DNA of 64,000 nt from Candidatus Eiseniibacteriota bacterium (GTDB lineage Bacteria > Eisenbacteria > RBG-16-71-46): NCBI GenBank assembly GCA_963717505.1, contig OY970342.1, positions 1,760,001 to 1,824,000 on the forward strand, written 5' to 3'. The notes below the pieces were generated by a model that had not been told where the DNA came from, searched no databases, and was given only the letters and a program-made list of their open reading frames with translations. The translations under genes were made by a program, and so were the position numbers. Each line of letters opens with the position of its first letter. The first letter of the stretch is position 1. Below, piece after piece: positions 31,901-41,368 of this stretch.

Positions 31901-33257
31901 CCGACAGGCACCAGCTGGCGCGCAGGTGGGTCTTCGTGGCCTGGGTTTCACTGGCGCAACCATGGTGACGTTGAGCGGTATCAACGCACCTTTCACTGTA
32001 GTCAGCGACAGCCTAATCCTAGCCAGCTTGCCCACCGGCGCGACCAGCGGGCCCATCACGGTGATCAACCCTTACGGCTCGGACACGAGTGACGAACCTC
32101 TTACCATCGGTCCGCGTCTGGGGAGCATCAACCTCTCGTGGAGCGACTGCGGCACCTACGGAGATGCGCTGCATCGGTTCGCGTGCGACAGCAACGCCGG
32201 TACCCCGTTTGACCTAGTCGCCTCGTTCCGGCCGCCGCCGGAAGTTGCACGGGCCACCGGTCTCACGGCGGTCCTAACGATAGCGAATCCCAACGGCGTG
32301 CTGCCCGACTGGTGGAAACATGGTGCCGGCGGGTGTCGTGTGGCGTTCGCAAGCAGCTTTGACTTTACGTCCGGCCCATTCTCCTGCGTTGACTTGTTTC
32401 AGGGCATCGCGGTCGGCGGTGGGTTGGGCTACCTGGCCGGCGGTTCCGACCCCTCGCGTGCTCGTGTCGTCGTCCAGGCCGGGATTCCTGAAGAGCTGGC
32501 GGGGTCGCTAGACCCGAATGTTGAGTACTACGCGGCGATCGTGCGGGTACGGCGAAGCAACACCGTGGGTACGGAAGCTTGTGCTGGCTGCGAGACGCCC
32601 GTATGCATCGGGCTCGAGTCGGTGACAATCTCCCAGCCGCCCGAGTTCGGCTACGACCCCATGATCGACATGCCGGCCGACAACACAGCGGTGGCCTGGC
32701 AGAACTTGGATCCGGCGTGCTTGGCGATCGTGCCGGTGCACGTGGTGGTGGTGGTGGCCGAGGCCGACGTCGACCGCATCCGGATCGTCTGGGAACTGCC
32801 GGGGGCTGAGGGTGCAACCCTCTATCGCCGCGAGATCGATGGCGAGTGGCGTCGTCTGGAGCGGCTGGTTCCTGATGGCGCGCACCGAATCGAGTACGTG
32901 GATCACGACGTGCGTGCGGGCGTCACATATGGCTACCGGCTCCAACTCGATGGTGAAGAGGTCTTCGTTGGCGAGACATCGCTGGCGGTGCCCAACCGGG
33001 CGTGGACGCTCGCGCTCGGCGGGCTGAGTTGGAGCAGCGGTAGCGTACGAGGGACCATTACGCTGCCTGCAGCCGGCCCCGCGGCGCTCGAGATCTTCGA
33101 CCTGGTCGGGCGTCGCCGCGCGACCGAGCGGCTCGACGGGCTCGACGCCGGCGAACACCGTGTGGATGTGCGCACGGCGCTCCGCCCGGGGGTTTACTTC
33201 GGGCGCCTCACACAGGGGCGTGCAGCGGTCACACGCCGGTTCGTCGTGGTGGAATAA
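28974..33257 (+). CDS. Large secreted protein: BNR/sialidase-like propeller, PPC-like insert, 3 IPT/TIG domains, 2 Cys-rich domains, C-terminal sorting-type domain
   Basis: Asp-boxes SRDGGVTW, STNGGASW, STDGGATW, SEDGGATF; ETEPNG; FTVVSDSLI-type repeats; PGVYF tail; TTG start overlaps the upstream TGA. Confidence 0.82.
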   Translation: MNLPIGRRGPNKHSIRRASLVAVLFVGCHLVTAPSDGSAQIVGSIIDISGGVNPELDHSPSIATSGRNVVAVWYDKGRENLRGSVSRDGGVTWSASIIGPGRLSRPSTCIDSRQSAFCAVDGVDVGGYTILIFKASFQDPVWQWQRQQNAVPPISFGADVPEGVRILSDHTNDVLYLVYTLRPERYQGRIQFVRSTNGGASWSPPVELSGSQCNTAQFALGPNGELYVVWEDYAQGAIVGRKSTDQGVSFNVPFTLGAIRDNVSFGPPGWQDGSRSAMLDNVECMDFPAFLGVAVDTGAGPRRGAIYGVWSEYALGTVDPDPIRTVVETEPNGDFASATPIQIGDDVSGGMVGTDTSGDCDVFTFGATAGTTIQITGGATYCHPVGGCTNPSFGISLLCGDDPSNLTQVGCGSLYNRTSIPPVVYTLPATGRYYLDLCGGVGTFVYELQFREYVITPGQGALDHRDVVLVRSTDGGATWSDKVRVNDDAPSYDNAMPAVAVDASGRVYVAWYDRREDPECGAQVHTRWTYSEDGGATFASSLRASEQPSGGGRHYDGRGLQNTWQVGDHLALRAEGERAYLLWTHIPIGAACPQLPCDGDIFGSVIGFETDRPEILDVEPDVGAPGIGVEIRGRNLSDATAVLFRDQSVSFTVVSDSLITTEVPVDGRTGYVTVVNPPLAGVSAGLFYVTPRIGSVLPSRGLVGQAVKLVGANFTGASQVRFNGVPSSFTVVSDTLITTMVPGGANEGPIEVVAPGGTVASDPFLIGHLNSGINLAWDDCGANGVTLKRFACDTNLGPMFTLVGSFTPPVGVDRFTGITADLRVINPSGQPLPDWWRVSTGGCRPDALGTSYDFTAGPTTCRDFYQGPLSNSISYEPAYGGPAHARLLMSATIPTEGVGPLDAGTEYYAFKVHVARVQSIGKESCAGCSSTMRLELRSIQLHQPVESGFAPVLTTPLIRQVAYWQNSGPDIVSFLPRQAPAGAQVGLRGLGFTGATMVTLSGINAPFTVVSDSLILASLPTGATSGPITVINPYGSDTSDEPLTIGPRLGSINLSWSDCGTYGDALHRFACDSNAGTPFDLVASFRPPPEVARATGLTAVLTIANPNGVLPDWWKHGAGGCRVAFASSFDFTSGPFSCVDLFQGIAVGGGLGYLAGGSDPSRARVVVQAGIPEELAGSLDPNVEYYAAIVRVRRSNTVGTEACAGCETPVCIGLESVTISQPPEFGYDPMIDMPADNTAVAWQNLDPACLAIVPVHVVVVVAEADVDRIRIVWELPGAEGATLYRREIDGEWRRLERLVPDGAHRIEYVDHDVRAGVTYGYRLQLDGEEVFVGETSLAVPNRAWTLALGGLSWSSGSVRGTITLPAAGPAALEIFDLVGRRRATERLDGLDAGEHRVDVRTALRPGVYFGRLTQGRAAVTRRFVVVE

Positions 33258-33259
33258 TC

Positions 33260-33559
33260 ATGAACTCCGGCGCGTAGCCGGGCGATTTCTCGCTTGGGCA
33301 GAACGAGCCGAACCCGTTCGGAGAGGGGACGCTCATTCGCTTTACAGTGCCACTCAAGACTCAAGTGAAACTCGAGGTGTTCGACATCCATGGACGCAAG
33401 ATCAGAACTCTCGCGCGAAGCGAGTGGCCTGCCGGCGAACACACCGTCGAGTGGAGTGGGCGCGACGAGCAGGGGCAGCGCGTGAGCCCGGGTGTCTACA
33501 TGTATCGGATGGAGGCCGGATCATTTACCTCCAGCCGCAAACTGGTGATGTCGCCATGA
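33260..33559 (+). pseudogene. Stand-alone FlgD-type domain duplicated from the 3' end of the oxidase gene, with an in-frame TAG at codon 6
   Basis: ATG AAC TCC GGC GCG TAG CCG..., then QNEPNPFGEGTLIRF...SRKLVMSP, closely matching 28696-28977. Confidence 0.75.
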
Positions 33560-36492
33560 CTCGTGCAGTGACCGCCGGCGACCGCCAACAGTCCAGATGG
33601 ATCGGCCGTGGTTGCGCTTGGATCGCGACTTGGTTTGTCCTGGCTAGTACCGTGGACGCCTCAGCGCCTGTGGTACGGGCCAGAATGGATGTGTCTGGTG
33701 GCAACCCGTACCTCGAAAACTCGCCATTGATCGCGACTAGCGGGCGCGACCTGGCTGCGGTGTGGTTTGACCTCGGCCTGGAAAAACTTCGCGGCGCAGT
33801 TTCTCGTGATGGTGGCGTCACCTGGTCGGGTTCGGTCATTCAGCCAGGACCAACCGAGAGAATACGAGCAGGCGGATCAACGTGCATCGATGGAAGTGGC
33901 ACCGCTTTCTGTGCTGCTTACGGGGACGACGGCACGCTGGGTGAAAGTATCTTTGTGTTCAGCGGTTCCTTCGATGACGCCTCGTGGCAGTGGAGACGCC
34001 GACCAAATGCTATTCCCTACGTACTCTTCGACCATGACCTAGACGGCGTTCGCATTCTCAGCGATCGCTCGAGCGACGTGCTCTACCTGGTGTATACCTT
34101 TAGGCCAGAGCGCTATCAGGGTCGCGTCCAGTTCGTTCGCTCGACCGATGCGGGTGCGAGCTGGTCCCCTCCTATGGAATTGAGCGGCAGCCAGTGCAAC
34201 ACGGCGCAACTCGCGCTCGGACCGGACGGCGAGCTTTACGTCGTGTGGGAAGACTATGTCGAACGAGCGATCATCGGCCGCAAGTCCACGGATCTTGGGG
34301 TGAGCTTCGGCGCGCCATTCACGCTGGGGACTATTCGCGACAATCTCAGCTTCGGACCGCCCGGGTGGGATAATCCTTACAGCAGAGAAGTGCTGGACAA
34401 TGTGGAATGCATGGACTTCCCGGCGTTCCTCGGCGTTGCCGTGGACACAAGCAACGGACCGCGTCGGGGGACCATCTACGGGGTGTGGAGCGAGTATGCC
34501 CTCGGAACGGTGGACCCTGACCCATTGCGCACCGTAGTCGAGACCGAGCCGAACGGCAGTTTCGTGAACGCCACCCCGATTCAGATCGGGGACGATGTCA
34601 GTGGTGCGATGGTGGGGTCGGACGTCAGCAGCGACAACGACGTTTTCACGTTCGAGGCCACGGCCGGTACGACCATCCAGATCACCGGTAGCGCCACCTA
34701 TTGCCAACCGGTGGCCGGGTGCATGCAGCCGTCGTTCGGTATCGGGTTGGTGTGTGGCGACGATCCCGCGAACCTGACTCCAGTCGGGTGCGGGTCGCTG
34801 TATGACACGAGCTCGATCCCGCCGGCGATCTACACGCTGCCGACCAGCACGCGCTACTACCTGGGATTGGTTGGCAGTCGAGGTACGTTTGACTACGACC
34901 TCCAGATTCGCGAGTACATGGTGACTCCGGGGGAGGGGGCGCAAGACCACCGCGACGTGGTGTTGGTCCGCTCGACCGACGGTGGCGCGACGTGGTCGGA
35001 CAAGGTGCGGGTCAACGACGATGCGCCGAGTTACGACAACGCGATGCCGGCGGTGACGGTCGACCACAACGGTCGGGTGTACGTGGCGTGGTACGACCGG
35101 CGCGACGAGCCGGAGTGCAGCGCGCAGGTGCAGACGTATTGGACCTGGTCGGAGGATGGCGGTACGAGATTCGCCCCATCGCAACGGGGGAGCGAGCAAC
35201 CCAGCGATGGCCGAAGTGGTGTGTGGCAAGTTGGAGACCACCTTGCGCTGACCGCTGACGGCGACCTCACCTACCTGTTGTGGACGCACATCCCGGTCGG
35301 AGGCGAGGGGGAGGTCCTGGGGGTGGTGATCGGTGATCCGATCCCCGGCGGTATCAACCTATCGTGGGACGACTGCGGCGCGGCGGGTGGCGCGATCAAG
35401 ACTTTCGCGTGCGACAGCAATACGGGTCTACCGGCGGTGGCGGTGGCGTCGTTCGTGCCGCCGCCGGGCATCGGGCAGTTCCTCGGCGCCAGTGCGGAGC
35501 TGCGGATCGGCACCGACGGCTCGACCCTGCCCGACTGGTGGCGTCACGGCACGGGCCAGTGCCGTGGCGGCACGGGGTTGGCGCTCGCCTACACGTTCTC
35601 TGAGGGACCGTTCACCTGTACGGAGTACGGGCTAGGCCAGGCGGGAGGAACGCATTTCTACGAAGTGGGCTACGGAGGTGCCAACCGGGCGCGCTTGCTG
35701 GTGCAGTACGTGGTGCCGAAGGAAGACCAGGGCCCGCTGGACCCCGGCACCGAGTACTACGCGTTCCGCGTCAACCTGCTGCGCACCAAGACCACCGGCG
35801 CTGGGAGTTGTGCGGGGTGTGATGTGCCGGCGTGCATCGAGCTTCAATCGCTCCAGATCCACCAGCCACAGGAGCAGTACTACAGCCCGGTTTTGATCCA
35901 GCCCCTCAACCGGAACTTCGTGTCGTGGCAGGGCCCGGCGTGGGTGTGCGACGTGGCGACGCCGGTGCTGGCTTCGTTGGTGTCGGCGGAAGCGAGCGCT
36001 TATGAAGTGCGCATCGTGTGGCAGCTGCAGGCGCCGGAGGCCGCGGTCTACCGTCGCTCCGGTACCGAGGACTGGGCGCTACGTGCCCGGCTGACGCCGG
36101 ATGGCTTGGGCCGGATCGGTTACGTGGACCGCGACGTGGTGCCCGGCGAGCACTACGGCTATCGGCTCGGAGTGGCGGCCGAGGGAGGCGAGGTCTACGT
36201 CGCCGAGACGGAAGTCACGGTGCCGCTCGCCGAGCTGGCGGTGCGTTGGCTGCGCCGAGCCGGGAGTGGGCACGGCGCGGTGTTGATGTTCACGCTCGCG
36301 AGCAGCGAGCCGGCGAGCGTCGAAGTCTACGATGTGGCCGGGCGCAAGTGGGGATCGCGGAAGCTCGAAGGTCTGTCCCCCGGGCAGCACGAGGTTACGG
36401 TCTCCGGGCAGCAGCGGCCGAGCCCCGGGGTGTATTTCGTCCGGCTCGCGCAGGGATCGAGAACCACGACGGCACGCTTCCCGCTGCCGTGA
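33556..36492 (+). CDS. Paralog of 28974-33257: BNR propeller, PPC-like insert, one Cys-rich domain, C-terminal sorting-type domain
   Basis: Long identical peptides such as LDNVECMDFPAFLGVAVDT and DHRDVVLVRSTDGGATWSDKVRVNDDAPSYDNAMPAV; ATGA overlap start. Confidence 0.82.
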   Translation: MTRAVTAGDRQQSRWIGRGCAWIATWFVLASTVDASAPVVRARMDVSGGNPYLENSPLIATSGRDLAAVWFDLGLEKLRGAVSRDGGVTWSGSVIQPGPTERIRAGGSTCIDGSGTAFCAAYGDDGTLGESIFVFSGSFDDASWQWRRRPNAIPYVLFDHDLDGVRILSDRSSDVLYLVYTFRPERYQGRVQFVRSTDAGASWSPPMELSGSQCNTAQLALGPDGELYVVWEDYVERAIIGRKSTDLGVSFGAPFTLGTIRDNLSFGPPGWDNPYSREVLDNVECMDFPAFLGVAVDTSNGPRRGTIYGVWSEYALGTVDPDPLRTVVETEPNGSFVNATPIQIGDDVSGAMVGSDVSSDNDVFTFEATAGTTIQITGSATYCQPVAGCMQPSFGIGLVCGDDPANLTPVGCGSLYDTSSIPPAIYTLPTSTRYYLGLVGSRGTFDYDLQIREYMVTPGEGAQDHRDVVLVRSTDGGATWSDKVRVNDDAPSYDNAMPAVTVDHNGRVYVAWYDRRDEPECSAQVQTYWTWSEDGGTRFAPSQRGSEQPSDGRSGVWQVGDHLALTADGDLTYLLWTHIPVGGEGEVLGVVIGDPIPGGINLSWDDCGAAGGAIKTFACDSNTGLPAVAVASFVPPPGIGQFLGASAELRIGTDGSTLPDWWRHGTGQCRGGTGLALAYTFSEGPFTCTEYGLGQAGGTHFYEVGYGGANRARLLVQYVVPKEDQGPLDPGTEYYAFRVNLLRTKTTGAGSCAGCDVPACIELQSLQIHQPQEQYYSPVLIQPLNRNFVSWQGPAWVCDVATPVLASLVSAEASAYEVRIVWQLQAPEAAVYRRSGTEDWALRARLTPDGLGRIGYVDRDVVPGEHYGYRLGVAAEGGEVYVAETEVTVPLAELAVRWLRRAGSGHGAVLMFTLASSEPASVEVYDVAGRKWGSRKLEGLSPGQHEVTVSGQQRPSPGVYFVRLAQGSRTTTARFPLP

Positions 36493-36565
36493 CGATGCCC
36501 GAGTTGTACAGCCCCTACGGACTCGAACCGGCCCGTATCGCGAGCCCGAGACCCGTCGTCGTCCC

Positions 36566-36943
36566 CTAGCGATCAAGCGCCTTTCGGCTCGCCGGCCGCC
36601 GGAACGCCGCCCGCACCGCGGCCACCAACTCGTCCGGCTCGACCGGAGTGAGGGCGAAGTAGGTCGGCCGCAGGCTCTGGAGCGCCCGTTGGTCTTCGAG
36701 CGACGCCGGATCGGAGATCAGGATCAGGGGCAGGTCGGGCGCCACCCGGCGCAACAGGTTCAGCACACCCATCTGGTGGTCGCCGTGACCGATCTGGCAG
36801 ATGACCGCACCCGGCCGCTCGCGCAACGCGTGCTCGATCAGGTCCTCGCTGTCCTTGCAATGGACGATGGTGTGCCCGTCGGCTTCCAGCCGGGCCACGG
36901 CCGGGTCATCGGGTGCCAGACAGTGTTCGCAAAGCAGCACCAT
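36566..36943 (-). CDS. Single-domain atypical receiver (pseudo-receiver) protein
   Basis: REC-like pattern ERPGAVICQI, LRRVAPDLPLILIS, TPVEPDELVAAVRAA; the phospho-Asp and conserved Lys are missing. Confidence 0.65.
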   Translation of the reverse strand: MVLLCEHCLAPDDPAVARLEADGHTIVHCKDSEDLIEHALRERPGAVICQIGHGDHQMGVLNLLRRVAPDLPLILISDPASLEDQRALQSLRPTYFALTPVEPDELVAAVRAAFRRPASRKALDR

Positions 36944-37215
36944 GGCCAAGAGACCTTCCCTCCGCGCCTCGACCGCGGCGGAGTGGCGATGAGGTTTCGC
37001 GCGGCAGCATGCCTTGGTGTACCGCCTACACCAGAGGTCGCGACCACGGGTGTGGCCCCGGCTGCCGCGCAAGCCAGTACGCAGCAACCGTCGTGCCGAG
37101 GAGTCCGGGCCTTCCGCGAGACCGCAAACCGATGCGGGATCTCGCCGAAACGTCGCGGAGCCGTGGCGGGAGGGCGGCGCTACCTGACAGGCCGTGCCTC
37201 GAGGCTGCCTCGATG

Positions 37216-38595
<1,380 letters not shown>

Positions 38596-38603
<8 letters not shown>

Positions 38604-39784
38604 CCTCGCCTCCCGGTCCATTGCGCGGCAGCGTCGACCACGAAACGGGCGCCCTGCCCGGGAGCGCTCTCGACCGCGATCGTGCCTCCGTGCTTCTCGA
38701 TGATCGTGCGGGTGATGCTGAGGCCGAGGCCGGTGCCCTGGCCCGGCGGTTTGGTGGTGAAGAAGGGATCCCAGATCCGATCGCGATGCGCGGGCGGGAT
38801 CCCGGGGCCGGTGTCGCACACTTCCAGACGTACCGAGCGGCCCTCGGGCGCCGGTGCGAACGGTCAGAACTCCCCCGGCCGGCATGGCCTGGACCGCGTT
38901 CAAGCACAGGTTCAACCAGGCGCCGCGAATCCCGCTCTCCCGCCCCCAGATCGGCTCGACATCCGGGTCGAACTCCTCGACCGACTCGGATCCCCTGCTT
39001 GCGCAGGGGGTGGCCGAGCAGCGTGACCGTGTCGTGACCGGCGCGATTGACGTCGACCCAGGTCGAGGAACCGGTGTACGGCTGCGCCGAGGAGCAGCAG
39101 CTTGTCGGTGGTCTCGCGACTGCGCATCGGTCTCGCGCTCGAGCGTCTCGAGCACCTCGGCCGCTTCCGACGAAGCGCCCGGCGTCAGCTCGGCCGTCCG
39201 TTGTCAGCCAGCGCTGCAGGCTCTCGACTCCGGCCAGGATCGAGGCCAGAGGGTTGTTGATCTCGTGCGCCACGCCGGCCGCCAGCATCCCGAGCGCCGC
39301 CAGCCGCTCGCTGTGCGAGAGCTGGCCCTCGAGCTGACTGCGGTCGGTGATGTCGCGCCACACCTCGACCACGTGACTGACCTGGCTCGGACGCGTCGAG
39401 GATCGGGTTCATGACGACCTCCCAGCGCCGCAGCGCGCCCTGATCGTCGGGGATGGCGTGAAGCGCGCGGCTGGGCTGGCCTTGGGCGATGACGTCGCAG
39501 GCGGCGCACGACGACGAACCCTGCCCGGACCCGTGGAGTGGGCAGTGCACCGCGTCGTGGCACTCGTGTCCGACCACGGCTTCACCCCGGGCGCCGAAGA
39601 CCTCGACGTAGCGGCGATTGGCGGCGACCACCCGGCGATTGCGGTCCACCACCAGCACCGCGTCGTTCAGCCCGTCGATGAGCTGGGGCAGGATCGCCTG
39701 GATCCCGTCCAGGTCGTAGCGAGAGGGCGCTTCGATGGACGCGTGCACGGTGGAGCGTCTGGTCTCAGGCTCGTGAGGAGTCAT
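38596..39784 (-). pseudogene. Cytoplasmic PAS sensor histidine kinase, frameshifted (probably sequencing error)
   Basis: PAS with CHDAVHC...CAAC, H-box AHEINNPL, N-box NLCLNA, DTGPGI, DPFFTTK, GTGLGL; no TM helix. Confidence 0.88.
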
Positions 39785-39842
39785 AGGTCGGGCGTCGCTT
39801 TGCGATTTGGCAGCCTTGGACGTCGTAAGAAACCGACGTTCT

Positions 39843-39878
39843 GGCACGTTCGCACGTGCCGATCATGTCAGGTTGACA
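39843..39878. promoter_or_regulatory. Two inverted repeats, candidate enhancer (UAS) for the sigma54 activator
   Basis: GGCACG-N6-CGTGCC and TGTCA-N3-TGACA, about 100-130 bp upstream of the -24 element. Confidence 0.45.
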
Positions 39879-39975
39879 GCCGCGAATCCACGTCGATCTT
39901 GGGCAGATCGAGGACCGGCAGGGTCCGCTCGTTGTGCGCCAGAGGGTTGCGGGTCCGTCACCCGGGGCGAAGCCG

Positions 39976-39990
39976 TGGCACGGCGCATGC
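39976..39990 (+). promoter_or_regulatory. Sigma54 -24/-12 promoter of hsp20
   Basis: TGGCAC-GGCGC-ATGC (GG-N10-GC). Confidence 0.65.
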
Positions 39991-40097
39991 GGATCCTGTC
40001 CGTCGGAGCCGCGGGTCCGCCCGACCCGTGGGCAGTGTCGCGGAGGCGCCGAGCGCGCCCGGCCTTCGCGGAGAACTCAGGCGCGGGAGGGAAAGCC

Positions 40098-40538
40098 ATG
40101 AGAGCCCTGATGGCACCCGAACGAGGGTTCGCGAACCTCCGTCGCGAGATGGATCGCATGCTCGAGAGGATGTGGGAGCCCGACGTCTTCGACATGGAAC
40201 GAATCGGGGAATGGCTCCCGCAGATGGACGTCTCGGAGACTCCGGACGCGGTCAAAGTCCGCGCCGAGATTCCCGGGATCGACCCGAAGGACATCCAGGT
40301 CACCCTGGAAGGTCAGCTCCTGACCGTCAAAGGTGCAAAGAATCAGGAGCAAGAGGAGAAGGGCGAGCGCTTCTATCGGAGCGAGCGCAACTACGGTTCG
40401 TTCGTGCGGACGATCCGCCTGCCGGCGCCCATCGAGGGCTTGAAGGTGGAGGCCACCTTCAAGAACGGAATCCTGACGATCAGGATGCCGAAGGCGGCGG
40501 CTCGGCACGAGCAGGTGATCCCGGTCAAGGTCGAATAG
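40098..40538 (+). CDS. Hsp20/alpha-crystallin small heat shock protein
   Basis: WLPQMDVSET, AEIPGI, ERNYGSFVRTIRLP, ATFKNGILTI. Confidence 0.95.
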   Translation: MRALMAPERGFANLRREMDRMLERMWEPDVFDMERIGEWLPQMDVSETPDAVKVRAEIPGIDPKDIQVTLEGQLLTVKGAKNQEQEEKGERFYRSERNYGSFVRTIRLPAPIEGLKVEATFKNGILTIRMPKAAARHEQVIPVKVE

Positions 40539-40630
40539 CCGCGCCAGGCCGCGCGCGGAGGCCCGGCGAGGCTCCCCGCACGCGGTTCGTCGCTTGGGAC
40601 GCGGCCCCGGCTCAACCGGAATCCCCGACG

Positions 40631-40668
40631 CGGGGCGGACGATGAGGTCCGCCCCGTCGTCGTTTCTC
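40631..40668. terminator. Hairpin between the convergent hsp20 and cytochrome c genes
   Basis: CGGGGCGGAC-GATGAG-GTCCGCCCCG followed by a pyrimidine-rich tract. Confidence 0.55.
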
Positions 40669-40687
40669 TACCTGATCGAAAAAACGC

Positions 40688-41278
40688 CTAGCTGCCGGTC
40701 GCCGGAGTGCTGGGCGGCGGTGGCATGTTCTGCGCGTCCCAGGCCGGCGGCGGCGGCAAGACGACGATCGGGGTCGTCGGCTTCCCGCCCGGGGGAACCA
40801 CGGCGGGAAGCTGATGCGGGATCGGCGGCAAGCTCTTGAGGTAGGCCGCGAGCGCGTAGGCGTCTTCGTCGCTCATGTGCGCAAAGCCCGGCCACGGCAT
40901 GGGCGGCAGGATCGGCGATTTGTCCGGCCGATGGCCGGCACGAAATGCGGTGACGATGTCGTCCTCGCTCCAGCTCCCGATGCCGGTTTCCGGGTCGGGA
41001 GTCAGGTTGCGCGCATAGCTGGTACCCCACGGACCCTGCCAACCCAGATCACTGCCCGAAAGCATGCGGGTGGTGTCCGGCGCACCATAGAACGCGCCCG
41101 GCGTGTGGCAATCGACGCATCCCGACGTGTAGGCCATGACCTTGCCGCGCGCCACCTTCTCGGCGGCGGTCATCTCTGCGGGCACCTGAGCCGTGGTGTT
41201 GGTACACGACAGCCCGGTCACAGCCAACAGCGCTACAGCCAGCCAGGATCCGACTGCGGTCCATCGAGTCCAGCGCAT
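40688..41278 (-). CDS. Monoheme cytochrome c lipoprotein
   Basis: Lipobox GLSC, CVDCHTPG, ARNLTPDPETGIGSWS, PPMPW. Confidence 0.88.
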   Translation of the reverse strand: MRWTRWTAVGSWLAVALLAVTGLSCTNTTAQVPAEMTAAEKVARGKVMAYTSGCVDCHTPGAFYGAPDTTRMLSGSDLGWQGPWGTSYARNLTPDPETGIGSWSEDDIVTAFRAGHRPDKSPILPPMPWPGFAHMSDEDAYALAAYLKSLPPIPHQLPAVVPPGGKPTTPIVVLPPPPAWDAQNMPPPPSTPATGS

Positions 41279-41368
41279 CTTTCCCCCTCGAGAGGTACGT
41301 GATTCGGTTGACGTTCTGTGTTGGGTCAACGTGCTGCTGCCGCCGGACGATGGCGGAAGCGCGACCCT

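Noticed and set aside
33275-33277. Pyrrolysine or amber recoding
   Set aside because: TAG is used as a normal stop by many genes here, and no pyl genes are in the window.
36505-36537. Intact tRNA gene
   Set aside because: Only a T-loop-like fragment; no D arm or anticodon arm.
39842-39856. Additional sigma54 promoter at TGGCACGTTCGCACG
   Set aside because: No GC at the -12 position; better treated as part of a palindrome.
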